From Chrysemys picta bellii (lineage: Eukaryota): DNA of 64,000 bases. This document shows, piece by piece, positions 60,187 through 64,000 of the stretch (position 1 is the stretch's first letter; each line of letters starts with the position of its first letter). The stretch lies in the NCBI RefSeq assembly GCF_011386835.1, contig NC_088791.1:88536001-88600000 (forward strand), read 5' to 3'. The notes under the pieces are model-generated. The model was not told the origin of the DNA. It saw nothing but the letters and a program-made list of their open reading frames with translations, and made no database searches. The position numbers and the translations under genes are program-made.

Positions 60187-63100
60187 AAAAAGCAATTTAC
60201 CAACAATAGTTGGAAGCAGTACTTGCAAATGTTTCACTCTAGGTGCAATCCCAAATAGCTTTTAAAACTGTAAAGCTATAGCCAAAGTCGAATTCAGTAA
60301 TGGCTTATAGCTGTTTATATTATGGGGGGGACACAAATCCCTGTAGACGCTACTCTCAGGCCCCTAGGATCATTGGAGTCTACTCCTAAATTGTAATTAA
60401 ACTAAAAAAAATATCAGGATCTTTATCTATTAAAGGTACAAATCATATAAGTGCACCCTAAATAGTGAAAAGTCATTATAAAGTTCCATATATATTTATC
60501 AATATTCTCGAGGTTAAATTAATGCAGTCTACAGATTACTTTTTAAAATTATGTTTCCATCTCTCCTCCCCCACTCTATCCTTAATACTTGCTAGTGGGA
60601 TCCAAAATTCACCTTGATTCTTTCCTTGTTTGTCATCATTAGTAATTATATGTTCTTACAGGCCAAATCTGTGGCTTCAGTTGTAGCTGCACATCCCCCT
60701 TGTAGGCTCATGAAATCACACAGTTATAACTGTGATCAGAATTTGGAGATGAGGTAGCACAAGAGCAATTAAGGAAATAATTTGGACTGTGCCGTATTCA
60801 TTATTGTTGATGATCGTTGAGAAGAAAAAACAAAACTATAAAAACAGTTTTTCAGAATGAATGATGAATTTAAAGTAGTGGCAGTTGGCTTAAAAAAATT
60901 GTAAATTGAACAAATCTGATGTGGAAATATTTGAGATGCAATAAATATGGACATCCTGTATAAGAACAATAGGTGAAGGTTAAAATTACAAAATGATACC
61001 ATAATGAGGACCACAGGGGTCTGCCTGTGTGCAACTCATTGCAGGACCAACAAGCCAGGGAATATCTGGCTCTATTGAAGTCAATGAGTTTTTGGCTTTG
61101 ACTTCAATGGGGCCAGAATTTCACCTCTCATCCTGCAAAGACAAAATGCTTAATGATATGCTTTCCTATTGACTTCTTGTGATTGAAATTAAATATATCC
61201 CATGTGCTTTCAGGATACTGGCTTAGTTAGCTCACACTTGGTATTTTCTTTTGTTTTACATGAACTGTGTGTGTCACATAAAACAAAGTTAATTTCAGGA
61301 CCTCTATATATTACTAATCAAAATGTAAATGTATTTATTGACATCTAACCAGGGTAGCTGTGATAATAAAAATAACGTGTAAATTCAACATTGAATAATA
61401 ATATTATTATGAATAAGAAAATGTAATGATTTAATACAATAATCAAAGTATCTTCAAAGAGGACATCTATATTTTTATTATGGAATTGTGGGGAGTTGAT
61501 TTTATACAAATATATATTCTTTAATGAGTCATTCTAAACCAGTTGGGTCTAGTTGGGTGTTGTTATCCTACACTTTCAAATCCAAAGGTTAGAGCTATTC
61601 CAATTTTCAGTCAAGTGCTGTAGCAATAGGTTAGTCTATTTTATCGACTTTCTCTACATTATGAATTATGCTTAAATTGCTTAATAAAACCCACTGCTGT
61701 TTGGTTCATTTGTTTACATTTAGCAAACAGAAACTGCAGTGATCTAACATTATTACTGGACTATGCAAATTTTCGTTTCTTCCACCCAAGTTTTCTAGAA
61801 AACTGTTTTTTCCTTAACCACAGTAAATGCTCATTGCCTAGAGATCATTTTTCACTTGACCAGAGCTCAAAGAGCCGGGAAGCATGTTCATGATGCAGTC
61901 ATTTAAAGGAAGCAGGGGTTTGTCAAAATCACTCACCTATAGCCTAACTCATTTCCAGCTGAACTGATTAGAAAGGGATTTTTATTACCAGTTACTGCAG
62001 TTAGGCCACACCTCAGTGCTTCTGAGGAAAATCCCACCCTAAAATCCTTAAGTGATGTTATCAAACCAATATGGAGTGAAAAATCTATTTACAAACTGAG
62101 GTTACTATTTCCATCACCTTTCTTTTTTTAAATTTATATAGTTTACAACATCTATTAGGATTTTCTAGAACTTCATCCTGAAAACATTTGTGTTTAATTT
62201 TCATATAAATAATACCATTTACTTCATAAAGCTTTTTGTTTAGTGCCTTGTTTTGAAAGAGAATTTAAAGATATATCATAAATGTGTCTGAGGAAGGCAT
62301 TATGTGGTGATACCACCCAAAATTGTAAGAAATGCTGAGAAACATAACTTCTGCCTCTTAAATTAAGGGCTGAGAAAGCTTCTGTGAAAGTTTTCTGCTG
62401 ATGCAAGGAAAACCGGAACAACAAGATTAAAAATTAGAAAATGCACAAAGAAAATGTGATGCTAACAAATTATATGACAAATATATTTTATTTTAAAAAA
62501 CAAATTTATGGGACACCCATCTCCACCTCTGGTTATATTTACTTCTATGTTTATACTGTAAACTCTTAGGAATTATATAAATAATCCATCACTATTTTGA
62601 TGATCTGTAAATATTAAATACATTTTTTAATGAAATCACTATTTTCAAAGATGAAAGACAAGTGCAATTTAACAAAGAAAACCAACACGAAAACCAAGCA
62701 AGCAAGCAAACAAACGTCCCTGGGCTCTTTATATAACCAATACTATATAATAATAAGGCAATAAATCCCCTCCCCAACTCTTTCTACTCCACTTTTTTTT
62801 AAATTACTCTTCTAGGTCACATTGTTGCAACTGGAAAAGAACAAATGGGGGAGGGGGAATCAACAACAACAACAACAAAAAAGCAGAGATAAAGAAAAGT
62901 AAAAGTGCTGTATATTTCATGACTGATTTTAAGAAAATCATTATCTGTGATTTATGGTGATCAGCAGCCAAATGCTACTCTGGGAGTGGGCCCAGTTTGC
63001 CACCCCCCTCACCTGTGGGGTGGGTTTTACCTTGTGTGACTGCCTTGCTGTGCCAAACTAGTTGGTTCATGCCCTGGGCCCATCATTGCTCCAGCAGGGC

Positions 63101-64000
63101 AGTGTGGTGGCTGGACTGATCACCCTGATCTGGAGCTCGGTCTGACACTCCTTAGCTTGGTTCTTGCTTCTAGTACAGAGTCCCCTTCTATTCCCCTATG
63201 GTTGTGATCTCTCCCTCATCTCCTCTGGGATATTTAAAAAAAATAAACAATACAGAAAATTTGAAGCGTTAGTTATTGGTCATTGGGGGTAACATACAGA
63301 GTATGGGGGTATGTTGGTGTTTTGGGGCTGGGCAGCACACATAGTATATACAGACTGCAATGTCCCCAATGAGGGGTGGGTAACCGGTGGGCGGGATCAG
63401 GAAACAGTTGATAAGCGGTGAGGGTCTAACACCCATACGGGAAGTGGAGACAGTCATGGGTATAAGTAAGCGGGCTGGGTAATGGGGATGGGGTGACCCT
63501 CACATGGCGGGATTCAGCTAGGTTTGGTGTGTTTAGGGCTCAGGGGATAGGGTCCAGCTAAACATTCTTGCAGCCTGACTATGCACAATATAGCAACTGA
63601 CATTTTTGGAAGTGAAAATGGAAACCTTCAATCACTGGCAATAGGTGGTATGTCTAGTGTTGATGCTGCTGGTAACTTTATCCCTCTGATATGTGGTCTA
63701 ATATAATGAGAAATCTATTGAGGAGTGTCCCCCTCTAAATATAATATTCACTCAGGGTCCTTTCCTACAGCAGTTTAATGGGTTGAAGCCCTGCTTCAGC
63801 CTTATAAACTTTAGATAGTGGTTTGCACATTTATAGCTATATTAGGGCAAACCCCTAACTGGAGCACAGGGGGAGGAGTCTTTGTCCATGACAATGCAGC
63901 CTTTTACATTCTAATGTACAATACAAGCTAGGGGAAGACAATAATCTGCTACTAGAAGGCAAATGACTATTCCCACACCTGTCTGAACTCCATACTTCCC

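Noticed and set aside
63000-63780. Region of raised GC with a 62-aa ORF, possible LINE or organelle-derived fragment
   Set aside because: No motif could be recognised with confidence; needs a database search.

Overview
Vertebrate genomic DNA, very likely turtle (inferred from a tortoise-type tRNA/CR1 SINE and the Harbinger, hAT and CR1 repeat landscape). From left to right: (1) a young, nearly intact 8.63-kb class I (gamma-like) endogenous retrovirus on the minus strand (1675-10304). It has 492-bp LTRs with about 6 differences, a CCGG target-site duplication, a perfect tRNA-Arg(UCU) primer site, gag with one frameshift, open pol behind an amber readthrough signal, and open env. It is inserted in the CpG island just upstream of (2) WBP11 (12 exons, 641-aa CDS, 13652-26547, +). 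(3) A decayed full-length PIF/Harbinger transposon (27708-31512) and many MITEs, solo LTRs and LINE/SINE pieces follow. (4) A butyrophilin-like gene (signal-IgV-IgC-TM-heptad-B30.2, 38365-47543, +) ends in an unusual YGNM tail and abuts (5) a DIRS-type retroelement fragment carrying a nested solo LTR. (6) The edge of a histone cluster holds an H2A.J-like H2A, H1 and H2B, each with a 3' stem-loop. All coordinates and alignments were read by eye and no database searches were run, so family and orthology calls rest on recalled sequence knowledge.
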